A DNA stretch of 54,336 nt from a virus. Lineage: Duplodnaviria; Caudoviricetes. The DNA lies in IMG/VR virus record IMGVR_UViG_3300005663_000054, positions 1 to 54,336 of that record. The stretch is one strand, 5' to 3'. The notes under the pieces are model-generated. The model made no database searches and was not told where the DNA came from. It was given only the letters and a program-made list of their open reading frames with translations. Shown here one piece after another: positions 18,080-27,417 of the stretch (position 1 is the stretch's first letter; every line of letters begins with the position of its first letter). The translations under genes and the position numbers were made by a program.

Positions 18080-18130
18080 AGTATACCGCCCGCTCGACCG
18101 CTTGTCAACCGCCCACCTAACTTTTTTTCC
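18080..18130 (-). promoter_or_regulatory. Strong sigma70 promoter with A-tract
   Basis: TTGACA (18103-18108)-17-TATACT (18080-18085); A-run upstream. Confidence 0.85.
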
Positions 18131-18352
18131 CTTGGTTGCATATCGTCATCACATGACACATTATTACTAGATTTGTTACAATCACCACACCACACGTAAA
18201 GCATATAATCACCACAGGCCATCCAGTCATTACAATCCTCCTCTAGTTATAAGACAAGGCCGGGAGAGTCTGATAACCCACCCAGCCTAGTCTCAGTCTG
18301 ATAACCTAGCCAATCTCACTATTCAAGGCTATGAACCGGAAATTAGCTTTAC

Positions 18353-19291
18353 TTAGCCTCGATCCAGTAGATCAAGTAAACTCTTTCCAACTCTCTTCTT
18401 GGCACTATAAAGGTGGTCAAGGGACTTTACAGCTTCGTTGTACAACCTTGCCAACCTTTCGTATTCTTTCTTGATTTTATTAAACGTCATTCCTGCTCCT
18501 CCAGCTCTCCCTTTTTCCACTTGTCTGTCCTTATCATGGCCGCTATGGACTCCCGTACAGTTGGAAGGGAGTCCTCCCGGTTGGCCTCATGCAGCCTAAG
18601 ACCTCTCCCGGCTACGGAATCTCTACATATCCACCCCGAACCCGGATGCTCATGCCTGGCATGTGAGTCCAACCAGTCCAACAGTTCTGTATCAGTTAGC
18701 ATTAGTCTTTCCACGCTTCAATGGCACCCACTAGCCCCTCCCCAAACTCTTGTACCACTTTTACCTGGGCTTCGGCCTTAATTCTAGCCGTTTCTAACTT
18801 TACATATCCAACGGCCCCCACCAAAAAGAATAGCCCCCCTAGGATACTACACACAAGCCAACATACTTCCTCTCTGTCACTCATCTCTTGTCCTTTCCAA
18901 AATAACCATGTGGTAACTCACCCTTACTTCTCTTTACTTGATCCTCCGGGTCTTCCAGGTCCGGGTTATCATCATACCTACTCTCCCACCTCACAAACAG
19001 TACAAAGATGACCGCTATGACTAACAGTCCCCACCATACCATTATTTACTTCCCCTTAATCTTCTTTACTGTACCTAACTGAATTTGGTAGTAAGACCTT
19101 AGAGTCGCTACACAATCATTAAGTGCCTTATTGTATTCCCCCTGAGCCTTATCGTCCGCAGCCTCTAGTCTATCAAACCCCGCATTAGAATCCTCAACGT
19201 CCTGCCTGGTCTTTTGATAGGTCTTCAGAGTCTCCGTACAACGCTTCTGGGCCTGTTTGTAAGCCTTTTCACTACTCGCCTTAGTCTTCAT
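18353..19291 (-). CDS. Cluster of small ORFs (18353-18490, 18487-18714, 18702-18884 TM, 18881-19042 TM, 19046-19291 coiled-coil)
   Basis: Coupled ORFs at the 3' end of the Ubl operon; two have single hydrophobic helices. Confidence 0.5.
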
Positions 19292-19679
19292 CCTTACTCT
19301 CCTCTATAGACTCAAACAATCCACGCATCCAAGGCGGACACTCCTTGGACGGATACACATTCAATAGTCCTTCCTTATCCAGCACAGCCCTACCCCCGGC
19401 CATTAGGGCAAAGGCCTTACACAAGATACTGATGACTGGACACAGTGCATGTATGTCCTCTCCCATCTGCTTGGCCAATCCAGTAGCTACCCTATCTATG
19501 AAGTCATCCGTTACACCCCCCTTGATTACCACAGTAGCAGAGTAAATACTACCCTTGAGCTGCAACGTAGTAGCAATCTCGCCAAGACCAACGTCTATCT
19601 GCTGCCCACCACTTATGGCCAAACTAGCGGTCAGCACCCTAGCGTCATCCTCTGGGCATCTCTGGTAGTTAAGGTTCAT
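19281..19679 (-). CDS. Hypothetical protein in the Ubl operon
   Basis: 132 aa; overlaps the stop of the E2 candidate. Confidence 0.6.
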   Translation of the reverse strand: MNLNYQRCPEDDARVLTASLAISGGQQIDVGLGEIATTLQLKGSIYSATVVIKGGVTDDFIDRVATGLAKQMGEDIHALCPVISILCKAFALMAGGRAVLDKEGLLNVYPSKECPPWMRGLFESIEESKDED

Positions 19680-21156
19680 TATCTACCCCCTCATTACAAG
19701 CAATATAGTCGTGGGCCTCAGCACATTCTCGGCATAAATCCCCATTACATCCATTACAGTAATCATCCGGACTATCACTATTGTCCAGTGCAGAATCACA
19801 ATCAGTACAAGTAGCAACGGCAGGGGGGTCTTCCTTGGTAGGATCACTCGCAACATCTGGGACTAGTTGACCAGACTCATTACACGGTTCAGTTTCAACT
19901 GACGATATTTGATTGTCCCCAGAAAATTCCAACTTAGTTAATAGAGCAAACTTAGGGGTATTATGGTCTTGGCAAAAGAAGATAGGAATCTGTCTAGCCT
20001 CTGATAACGCAAAGTCCCCTCTACTTACTACGTCAAGCGGCATCCCTTTACTTTGTATAGCCTTTGCACACTCTACCACCTTAGCACGCCATGCTGGTGG
20101 AGGATTTACATCAAAAGGCCAATAAGATACCCTTCCCGGGGAGTCCAGATTAAATCTGTTTACTACACCTGCAAGAATCTTCCTCCCTACGCCGTTTATG
20201 TGTAAAACTCCGTTTATGCTTGTACACGGTTCTGAAGCCCGGTCGTTGAACATCCAGGTGTCCGGCAAGGCATACTGAGGAACCAGTGGTGGAATACCCA
20301 ACTCGAGACTTCGTCCTGCTGACTCAAATAATTCTTCAGGCATGACAACATTGTAATATACAGGCCACACATGAGAACTAAGCCACTTATCATCTGTGAG
20401 TCCCAAGAATGAAGTAAATAATAGGAGAGAATTCGCATCGTAAGGCTTGAAAAGATGGGGGTAAGCACAAGCTACTGCAAGGGTTGCCAGACGACGGTAT
20501 GTCGGATCACGATCTTCTAATATATTCTGGTAGCCCTCACTATCTGTATAGAGACATCTCAGTATGTCTTCAAGAAAGTCTGACACCCGAGTACCCCCTA
20601 GCAACTTCCTAAAGTCACAAGCAGCCGGAGTAGTGTTTCCAGGTTGGGCTAATGATACTATAGCTACAGTTATCTTGTCCATCCGACACAGACTCGTTAC
20701 TCCCGATTGGATATACAAATTTGACAAGGAAGATATTCCCTTGGGGAATTCTTCCTCTATTGACTTGGTTAGATGATCCGCTCGTAGTGGACAAAATCCA
20801 AACTGCACCTCCGCATCAGGAGGGGATGGACACAGTCTCAAATACGCACTGGACGGAGTACCAGAAGTGCCACGCACTAGAATAATCCAAGCACCTCCTC
20901 CTTCTTCTAGCCAACAATCCTCTACATGTGGTACTCCAATCCACATGACGCCCCTAAGGTGCTCACCCCCCTGAGGCCAAGGAAAGTGTCTCCCTAGGCC
21001 ACGTTCACTTCTTCGTGGTGCCTGAAGTTCGGCCATGCACTTATTCACAACGGTCGATATATTCGTAGGTTGTGGACGAAACTCCTTATTAGCTATAATC
21101 CATGCTTCTTTCGTAAGAGTACGAGGCCTTACATTATCTGGTTCTATCATAATCAC
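19669..21156 (-). CDS. Candidate E2-like conjugating enzyme with C-terminal Cys/His Zn finger
   Basis: LSNLYIQSGVTSLC(157) resembles the E2 (H/P)N-x-Y..G..C active site; C-terminal CTDC..CNGC..CREC..H; ATGA-coupled to the JAB gene. Confidence 0.5.
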   Translation of the reverse strand: MIMIEPDNVRPRTLTKEAWIIANKEFRPQPTNISTVVNKCMAELQAPRRSERGLGRHFPWPQGGEHLRGVMWIGVPHVEDCWLEEGGGAWIILVRGTSGTPSSAYLRLCPSPPDAEVQFGFCPLRADHLTKSIEEEFPKGISSLSNLYIQSGVTSLCRMDKITVAIVSLAQPGNTTPAACDFRKLLGGTRVSDFLEDILRCLYTDSEGYQNILEDRDPTYRRLATLAVACAYPHLFKPYDANSLLLFTSFLGLTDDKWLSSHVWPVYYNVVMPEELFESAGRSLELGIPPLVPQYALPDTWMFNDRASEPCTSINGVLHINGVGRKILAGVVNRFNLDSPGRVSYWPFDVNPPPAWRAKVVECAKAIQSKGMPLDVVSRGDFALSEARQIPIFFCQDHNTPKFALLTKLEFSGDNQISSVETEPCNESGQLVPDVASDPTKEDPPAVATCTDCDSALDNSDSPDDYCNGCNGDLCRECAEAHDYIACNEGVDNEP

Positions 21157-22301
21157 TCCCCTTTCCTAGGCCTAATCCTTAATCTGCTTCCAGTTGGGGT
21201 AGAACATACCCGGTCACACCACGCAGAGAGCTGCCCATACTGGACTGCCGTCATAATGTACCAATTGTCATTGTAGAATACGATACGCAAGTCCCCCAAA
21301 CTCTGTGGATTCACCTTAAAGGCCTCAATAATTCCCATTGTACTTTCAACAAAGTCCAGACCCTCTTCTTTACCCTCAACGGACTTCGCCTTTTTAAGCT
21401 CCTCAAAGCCCTCAATACGCTTGTGCAAGTCTGCTCTCACTTGAACTGACCTAGTCTTACGTACCACTATCCGTTTGGGAATAGTCAGCAAGTCCTCCAA
21501 GGATCGTCCACCACTAGTTACAAAGTCAACCTTAGTCCGATCAACTTCCTCTAAAGACCCCTCTTCTAGTTGAAATGTCTTACCTGCTATGGCCCCATTG
21601 ATCGTATACGAGCCATCCCGTCCAAAGATCAAATGGAGTCCAGACTTCTCTGGCTCAGCCCAGTCCTCCACGTCAGTACTACTGGGACTACAACTGTTGC
21701 TCGGATGTACATGAATAGTGCCAATCCACCTAGCCAAGTCCCCAAACTCTCCCATCTCCTCATCCGAGGCCTTCCAGGTAACCTGGCCAGCTGTCCCCTC
21801 TTGCAAGGGCACATAGTACAGCCACGTTGGAGAAGTACGGTGGAAGCCCACCAACATGACAACTTCCCGATCATACTTGGAAAAGAAGTTATCATATAGC
21901 CAAGCCAACTCTTCCATTGGAGGAAACGAATTCCAGTCAATTTTATCCACATAGACCTTTGGAGAATCCTTTCCTACCTTGGCGGGGGCTAGGCACTCAA
22001 TAAGCCCAAATCTCCTATCATAGACCTGCTTGTCTTCCCCAACTACAAGTGACGTGGTCTTCAGGTCAATCTTTACAAGGTCATCAAGTTTGAGCATGTC
22101 CTGCATTCCGCCTAGTGAGGAGAGACCCCATCTAGTTGGTACCCAGTCTTCGATCTCATCCAATAATCCAGCCCCAAACGGATCGTGATCCTCTAGCCAA
22201 TCCTGATACCGACTATCCTCATTCTCCTCTACCGCCTCCCCATACTCGTCCAAGTCCATCTGACCCACTCGATTACCTTGATACCGCACAGGCAGAGTCA
22301 T
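21153..22301 (-). CDS. JAB/MPN+ (JAMM) metalloprotease
   Basis: REVVMLV ... VPLQ ... IGTIHVHP..SPSSTD..D gives the E..HxH.....S..D JAMM motif, then GLHLIFG. Start at 22301 by ATGA overlap. Confidence 0.88.
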   Translation of the reverse strand: MTLPVRYQGNRVGQMDLDEYGEAVEENEDSRYQDWLEDHDPFGAGLLDEIEDWVPTRWGLSSLGGMQDMLKLDDLVKIDLKTTSLVVGEDKQVYDRRFGLIECLAPAKVGKDSPKVYVDKIDWNSFPPMEELAWLYDNFFSKYDREVVMLVGFHRTSPTWLYYVPLQEGTAGQVTWKASDEEMGEFGDLARWIGTIHVHPSNSCSPSSTDVEDWAEPEKSGLHLIFGRDGSYTINGAIAGKTFQLEEGSLEEVDRTKVDFVTSGGRSLEDLLTIPKRIVVRKTRSVQVRADLHKRIEGFEELKKAKSVEGKEEGLDFVESTMGIIEAFKVNPQSLGDLRIVFYNDNWYIMTAVQYGQLSAWCDRVCSTPTGSRLRIRPRKGE

Positions 22302-22996
22302 GTCATTACCGCCTTTATAAGAGGAACATACGTATGCCACACGCTAGTAGTTCTTGGGCCTGTTTCCCACCAGAACTCTTTAGCACTTCCAATAAGTCCG
22401 CCCTCAAGTAGGCCAGCCACGTCCTCGATGCACATACCCACACACACGCCAGTCAAGGCATTGGCTCGAACATCCTGTGGATTACACCGATGACCAGTAT
22501 CATCCTCTTCTCCCACATCCTCATGGTACTTACGCCAATCCAGTATGGCTTTTCCATCCTGCCATATACCCGAGTAGCACTGGCCATTAAGTCTTTCACA
22601 TCCCGATACCACCATAATCCCAGGACTAACTCTCCCGGCCAACCACTCTGCCACCTGCAATCGAGTATCATCATTATCCACGTTCACAATGGCCAGTACA
22701 GGCTTACCCGATGTCTCCGTCCCTAGGAAAGGATCACTCGGCGAGAATCGTGCCATTATTTCAAGACCCTCTTCCTCTCCCAGTATTTCTGCTGCTATAC
22801 TGACCTTGGTCACTCCTGGAGCACAAAGGGGCCACTGACGCTCTTTGTTATCCGGGGCTAGACTATCTGGATCAATGAAGATAGTCGAATGCTTCCCCCC
22901 ATATCTCCTCCTCAGAACAGCCAGGTAAGGACTCGCCGCATAGAATGTCCCACCACACCCCACAAACACCCATATATAGTCATTAAGAGTCGTCAT
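22298..22996 (-). CDS. ThiF/E1-like adenylyltransferase
   Basis: VGCGGT, IDPD..DNxxRQ, K, VNVDN..TR, SG..NGQ, and C171 in HRCNPQ...N. Confidence 0.88.
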   Translation of the reverse strand: MTTLNDYIWVFVGCGGTFYAASPYLAVLRRRYGGKHSTIFIDPDSLAPDNKERQWPLCAPGVTKVSIAAEILGEEEGLEIMARFSPSDPFLGTETSGKPVLAIVNVDNDDTRLQVAEWLAGRVSPGIMVVSGCERLNGQCYSGIWQDGKAILDWRKYHEDVGEEDDTGHRCNPQDVRANALTGVCVGMCIEDVAGLLEGGLIGSAKEFWWETGPRTTSVWHTYVPLIKAVMT

Positions 22997-23189
22997 TACC
23001 TGCCTCCCTCCACCCCCCGTAACCGAACTCGTCTATGTCTTCAACGAATCCCTCATACTCCTCCGGCTCATGCACATCGACTACCGCCCCATAGCCATCC
23101 ATGTAATCCTCATCACTCGCTTCAAGATTACTAACACGCCTCTCCAGCTCCTCTACCCTCTCTAGGAGAGCAGCAAACTTTCTTGTCAT
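22983..23189 (-). CDS. Small coiled-coil/acidic protein between Ubl and E1
   Basis: 68 aa; LLERVEELERRVSNLE then a D/E/Y-rich tail. Confidence 0.6.
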   Translation of the reverse strand: MTRKFAALLERVEELERRVSNLEASDEDYMDGYGAVVDVHEPEEYEGFVEDIDEFGYGGWREAGNDDS

Positions 23190-23214
23190 CGCCCTTTCCT
23201 TTCAAAAGCCGGGA

Positions 23215-23264
23215 GAAACAAACCATGAACAGGGGAAGGTCCGACCCTTTCCCCTGTTCATGGT
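23215..23264 (-). terminator. Rho-independent terminator/attenuator after the Ubl gene
   Basis: ACCATGAACAGGGGAAAGG-GTCGGA-CCTTCCCCTGTTCATGGT followed by TTGTTTCT. Confidence 0.7.
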
Positions 23265-23321
23265 CCATCTGCTCTCTCCTAGCGGCTGTCTTGGTCCCCT
23301 ATGCAGCCAGTCTTAGACTTC

Positions 23322-23558
23322 CTACCCCTGCTTGCCAGACCTCGGGATCTGGGAAACCTGGTCCCCATTCTGGAGAGGCGTATTGGGAGTAGCGGGACTC
23401 CCATTGACCCGCGTGGTGCAGGCCTTAATGCCCCTCAGATGTCCATCCTCAATCAATGCCTGGACAGTGCTATTCTCCGGCACCTGGGTATCCACAACCT
23501 CTCCACCCCTCCCGATCCTCACGTTGATCATACCATCGAGAACGTCCTCATCGTACAT
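23322..23558 (-). CDS. Ubiquitin-like (ThiS/MoaD beta-grasp) protein ending in Gly
   Basis: INVRI..V..NSTVQALI..RVNG..TPLQNGDQV..GKQG*; GGAGG RBS. Confidence 0.88.
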   Translation of the reverse strand: MYDEDVLDGMINVRIGRGGEVVDTQVPENSTVQALIEDGHLRGIKACTTRVNGSPATPNTPLQNGDQVSQIPRSGKQG

Positions 23559-23835
23559 CTAATCCTCCCGTTTCTGCCACCGTGTGGCCATGTTCCCCTA
23601 GTCTAATCATTGTCTTTATGTCCCTGACTAGGGAACCTGGAAATTCCATGTAGACCAAGTAGACCACGCTTTGGTGCCAGAAAGCAACGTGCTGTCGACC
23701 GACACAAAGGGTGTTTCCATCCGTATACACTGAACCATCCAGGCTTGCTCTGGAGCGTCGTGCGAGGAACCATTCCACCGCTTTTCTTCGACTCTCCTCC
23801 GTCTCTCTCGCTCGTGCCATAGAATGTCCCTCCAT
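23548..23835 (-). CDS. Hypothetical protein, first gene of the Ubl operon
   Basis: 95 aa (alternative start 23820); SVYTDGNTL..G..VAFW. Confidence 0.6.
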   Translation of the reverse strand: MEGHSMARARETEESRRKAVEWFLARRSRASLDGSVYTDGNTLCVGRQHVAFWHQSVVYLVYMEFPGSLVRDIKTMIRLGEHGHTVAETGGLDVR

Positions 23836-23923
23836 GAACTATTCTCATGGCTGCCTCCTAAGAACCAAGACTGCCTTACGTCCTTCCCCAGGCCCAGTGC
23901 ATGAGGCGTTCAGCGGTCGCTCG

Positions 23924-23973
23924 ATTCTATGCCGCCGGATCGCCCGGAAGCAACCCTTTTTATTTTATTTTTT
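23924..23973 (-). promoter_or_regulatory. Sigma70-type promoter with UP-like A-tract driving the Ubl operon
   Basis: A-tract (23957-23973), then TTGCTT-18-TAGAAT. Confidence 0.7.
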
Positions 23974-24053
23974 GCATCCGATAACCCCCCATCGGTGGAG
24001 GAGGTGTGAATAGATATGGATTGGTAGTAGTCTACAGCGCGGGCAAGCGGTAA

Positions 24054-24353
24054 TTAACTTTGCTTACCGATTAGACTCATAAACTCAGGATTGGCTCTAG
24101 CAAACTCAGGTATGGCTTCACACAGCACCTCCACAATCGCCTCCTCACCCTTGGCGTGGTATCCATCTAACATGCCGTGTAGGGCCTCGTGAAGTACTAT
24201 CTCTACCTTTCTAGTGTGGGGAAGTCGCTTGTAGACAGATATGGTAAGGTGGTCAATATCAATCAGACCAATAGTGTCCTCAGACAGGTCCCTCGCGTTG
24301 ACTTGTTTGACCTTGAACGTCCTCCCCCTAATCTTGAGAGTACGTGGGATCAT
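24054..24353 (-). CDS. Small HExxH zincin-like protein
   Basis: G.ID....I.V....EIVLHEALHG....EE.IV. Confidence 0.7.
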   Translation of the reverse strand: MIPRTLKIRGRTFKVKQVNARDLSEDTIGLIDIDHLTISVYKRLPHTRKVEIVLHEALHGMLDGYHAKGEEAIVEVLCEAIPEFARANPEFMSLIGKQS

Positions 24354-24369
24354 TTCCTCCTCCTCCCCT

Positions 24370-24612
24370 TTACCTCTCCCGGCTTAGAACCGCCTCCACT
24401 GCCGCTAGTCTCTGAGCCACCTCATCCAACGACTCATCCACGTTACGTATGTCCTCCCTGAGTAGTCGCAGATGTTCAATAGCGGTCGCTTCAACATAGG
24501 ACACCATCTCAGCCCGTGAGACGTTATCAGGAGCCACAGTCAACCAGAGAACCGCCAGGCCCACCAGCACGCCTACAATGACCCCAGCAACAATCTCTCC
24601 CGGCTTCGTCAT
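24370..24612 (-). CDS. Single-TM coiled-coil protein (possibly lysis-related)
   Basis: N-terminal hydrophobic helix followed by a leucine heptad. Confidence 0.5.
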   Translation of the reverse strand: MTKPGEIVAGVIVGVLVGLAVLWLTVAPDNVSRAEMVSYVEATAIEHLRLLREDIRNVDESLDEVAQRLAAVEAVLSRER

Positions 24613-24992
24613 CAGGGTTGGAATCCAACAACGCTCACGTCGTCCAGGTCATCACTCCCATTGCCGGTCGTAAACGATACAGAATGCACCGCCACTTGTC
24701 CACCACAGCTTACATCTACCGAGTGAACCCCGCCCACTCCAGTAGCTGCTCTCGGAGAAAGCAGGAAGTGACCCAATCCATTGGCCGTGGTAAAGGTCTC
24801 AGATACAGTACCACTGAGTTCGGTATTGATCTTGACCCGGACCTCTTCATTTACGCAGTGATTGGTTACGATACACGGTCGTACCGGGGGATCAAATAGA
24901 ATGATCCTCGGTAGGGTTTGGTCGTTATCAGTTCCGTCCGCAGCCTGGGTCCCCGTTGTCGGAGCCCCAGCCCGCACAGTTCCTCTACCCAT
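24612..24992 (-). CDS. Putative virion structural protein
   Basis: Beta-rich, Thr/Gly/Val-rich; GGAGG RBS. Confidence 0.5.
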   Translation of the reverse strand: MGRGTVRAGAPTTGTQAADGTDNDQTLPRIILFDPPVRPCIVTNHCVNEEVRVKINTELSGTVSETFTTANGLGHFLLSPRAATGVGGVHSVDVSCGGQVAVHSVSFTTGNGSDDLDDVSVVGFQP

Positions 24993-25007
24993 GATTTTCC
25001 TCCACTA

Positions 25008-25715
25008 TTAGGCGGATAGTTTCCGACTTATGGCCAATGACCTCACGTGAAGATCCAGAGGATTCGTACTGCCTTCTTGGATACCCACCACCGGCAGGAG
25101 GTCCACGTCGGCCGCATGGGCCAAGGAAGTATGTACCAGATTACCATTGATGTAGTACCGGCATCGCCGATTAGCATCAAACTCCACCTGGAAGAGATAG
25201 ACCGAGGATGCAACTACTGCAACTCCGGTATCTGCTGTGGTATCCGTAGAACTAATGCTGTTGTTGACCTGCCAGTTGGTGTCGGTTCCATTAAGCCACC
25301 TGAACACGGCTTGGTCGGCCTTATCCCCAACAACGAAGGGAGACGAAAGGCCTAGCGACATGCCGATCATAATCACGCCCGTGACTTCCAGGACATCCGT
25401 CCGGACAAGAGCCTCAAACTTCACCTCGTCCTTCGTACTCCACGTAATCCCCCGCCACAGGCTTCTATTGTCCGCGTCGGCTGCTGGCTCCATAATTACC
25501 TGGTCCGCAGCCGCACTCTGAGTGGTAAATTTCAGACCATGATCGGGATCATAGGCACAGTTGCCATCAACCACGTTTGTACCACTAATCTCAAAGTCTT
25601 TGTCTTCCAGCAAAATGGCAGTGGCGTCCACGCCGACCAATCCATGTTCCCCGGCCCGCCAGATCAGTTGAATCCTGTCGGGATCACCTAGTACACTCGT
25701 AACGATCTGACTCAT
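25008..25715 (-). CDS. Putative virion protein with ConA/LamG-like beta-sandwich
   Basis: DTGVAV...Y.FQVEFD....RYYINGNLVHT pattern. Confidence 0.6.
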   Translation of the reverse strand: MSQIVTSVLGDPDRIQLIWRAGEHGLVGVDATAILLEDKDFEISGTNVVDGNCAYDPDHGLKFTTQSAAADQVIMEPAADADNRSLWRGITWSTKDEVKFEALVRTDVLEVTGVIMIGMSLGLSSPFVVGDKADQAVFRWLNGTDTNWQVNNSISSTDTTADTGVAVVASSVYLFQVEFDANRRCRYYINGNLVHTSLAHAADVDLLPVVGIQEGSTNPLDLHVRSLAISRKLSA

Positions 25716-25727
25716 CTTCGTTGCTCC

Positions 25728-26285
25728 TTAGCTTACTCTCAGTCCCTGTACTTCAACAAGAAACTTTACAGTTGGATTGTTCCCAATACTATCCGCTTTT
25801 GATTCAAACTTGCACCGTAGGCCTTCATTCTCTGAGACCGTCGCGGGCACCTGATTTAGAACTTCCAGTTCCCGAACGTCACCCGACTCCATATCACCTA
25901 CATGTGACCACGGCAGGATGTCCGTCCACGCACCACTACCATCCCCATCTTCAACAACAACCCGGATACTTCCGAATCCGGTCTTGAAATCTCTTGACAG
26001 ACTGGAGATACATCGTACTTTTATCCCCAACACCCTAAACTTGAATGGGGCATCAGTTGACATTGGCGTGGTCGTTGTAGTCTGTACCGCAGCAGTCGTA
26101 CTGTGGGTAAAGTAGAACAAGATTGAAAAGGGCACTCCAAATGCCACATTTCCATCGGCCAAAGTAAGAGCATCAGGCCCCATACTGTGCAGCATACTCT
26201 CAGGGTCCTGCGTGACTACGCCAAGTACCCCATCAGCCGTCAGATTTACCTGTGCTCCGGTTCTCCCGGTTTCATTTAGACTCAT
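25728..26285 (-). CDS. Putative capsid decoration protein (paralogue of 26833..27417)
   Basis: Shares FGVPF, APFKFRV and NEGL..LRV motifs. Confidence 0.55.
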   Translation of the reverse strand: MSLNETGRTGAQVNLTADGVLGVVTQDPESMLHSMGPDALTLADGNVAFGVPFSILFYFTHSTTAAVQTTTTTPMSTDAPFKFRVLGIKVRCISSLSRDFKTGFGSIRVVVEDGDGSGAWTDILPWSHVGDMESGDVRELEVLNQVPATVSENEGLRCKFESKADSIGNNPTVKFLVEVQGLRVS

Positions 26286-26833
26286 TACAGGTTCTCCGTT
26301 ACAGTGCGAGGCACCACTACGTACTCACACATAACCAGGAACTTACCTCCACCGTCCCCCGCTGTTCCTGACTCGTTCCCCGCCGTAGTGAGGGCCACTT
26401 CAATCCCGAAACCCGCCGGAACATGGTAGAGCGTCCGGTCCTCGGTATTTGCTCGGTTATCCCAGTTGATAAGAATATCCGCATCTACTGCGTGCCACTC
26501 TCCCACTGTCGCGTTGTCAGTTGAAGTGATCACGGCAAGAGACGCAGGAGACGAGCCCTTGGTCCTGACAGTAATAACTGCCGCCGTATTCGCGTGGGTA
26601 ACCGCTTGGGTCGTAAAGGTCCCCAGACTCAGAATGATAATGCCGGTTCCGGCCGTATCATCCTCATGTACTAGAGTGTGATACTTGTCCAGAATCTGGT
26701 TATCATTCTCATCCCCGTCAATCTCAAGCATAGCGATCTTGACCGGTACAGACATGCCCCGATTGGGAACCTTGTCCTGGGAATGAGTACGAGCCTGCAA
26801 CGAGCTATGAATAGTAAAGTCAGTACCTGCCAT
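26285..26833 (-). CDS. Putative capsid decoration/jelly-roll protein
   Basis: Start MAGTDF (TAATG overlap); beta-rich; TAG...KFLVMCEY. Confidence 0.55.
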   Translation of the reverse strand: MAGTDFTIHSSLQARTHSQDKVPNRGMSVPVKIAMLEIDGDENDNQILDKYHTLVHEDDTAGTGIIILSLGTFTTQAVTHANTAAVITVRTKGSSPASLAVITSTDNATVGEWHAVDADILINWDNRANTEDRTLYHVPAGFGIEVALTTAGNESGTAGDGGGKFLVMCEYVVVPRTVTENL

Positions 26834-27417
26834 TACACCACCACCCTCATGCACATGAAGTAGATTGTAAAGTCCGCCTGCTCAGTAGAACCCAGCAAGA
26901 CCGAGAGCTGAAGACCCTCGTCCTCATCTACCAGGTCGTAGGGGGCAATGAGCTTACCGGCCCCATCAGCCGAGAATCCCACATCATTCTGGTCTAGGTT
27001 CAAGTCATACGCCTCGCTCATAGCGTTCGCAGCCGAGGCCGAATCAAGGTGGTTAATCGTCAGAGTTCCTTCCGGAGCTGTGGCCGACGCACCAGCCGTG
27101 ACCCACCACTTGATTACCCTGAACAGGAAGGGTGAAGGGCCGTTTGGCGTCCCAGCCGTACCTGCCGGATCGAGCACGTCTAGAGTAGACGTTCGACCCC
27201 CAGTCAGATCATCCATTACGACCGTAAATGCCATAATAAACGGTTGACCATACTGGGTTGATACAATCGACTCAGCATCATCAGCAGCAATGGCCGTACT
27301 CTGAAGGGTTACGCCACTCTGTACCATTCCCTCGGGGTTTTGCAAGAGCAGGCCGGTTACCGCATCAATCGACTCGGTTACGTTACGTCCCGTTGCTCCA
27401 CTTTCTTGTAGTCCCAT
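26833..27417 (-). CDS. Putative capsid decoration protein
   Basis: YGQPF, SPFLFRV and DEGL..MRV motifs. Confidence 0.55.
   Translation of the reverse strand: MGLQESGATGRNVTESIDAVTGLLLQNPEGMVQSGVTLQSTAIAADDAESIVSTQYGQPFIMAFTVVMDDLTGGRTSTLDVLDPAGTAGTPNGPSPFLFRVIKWWVTAGASATAPEGTLTINHLDSASAANAMSEAYDLNLDQNDVGFSADGAGKLIAPYDLVDEDEGLQLSVLLGSTEQADFTIYFMCMRVVV

Noticed and set aside
22298-23558. ThiS/ThiF as auxiliary thiamine or Moco biosynthesis genes
   Set aside because: No ThiG, MoaE or sulfurtransferase; the Ubl ends in KQG rather than GG; JAB and E2-like partners point to conjugation.
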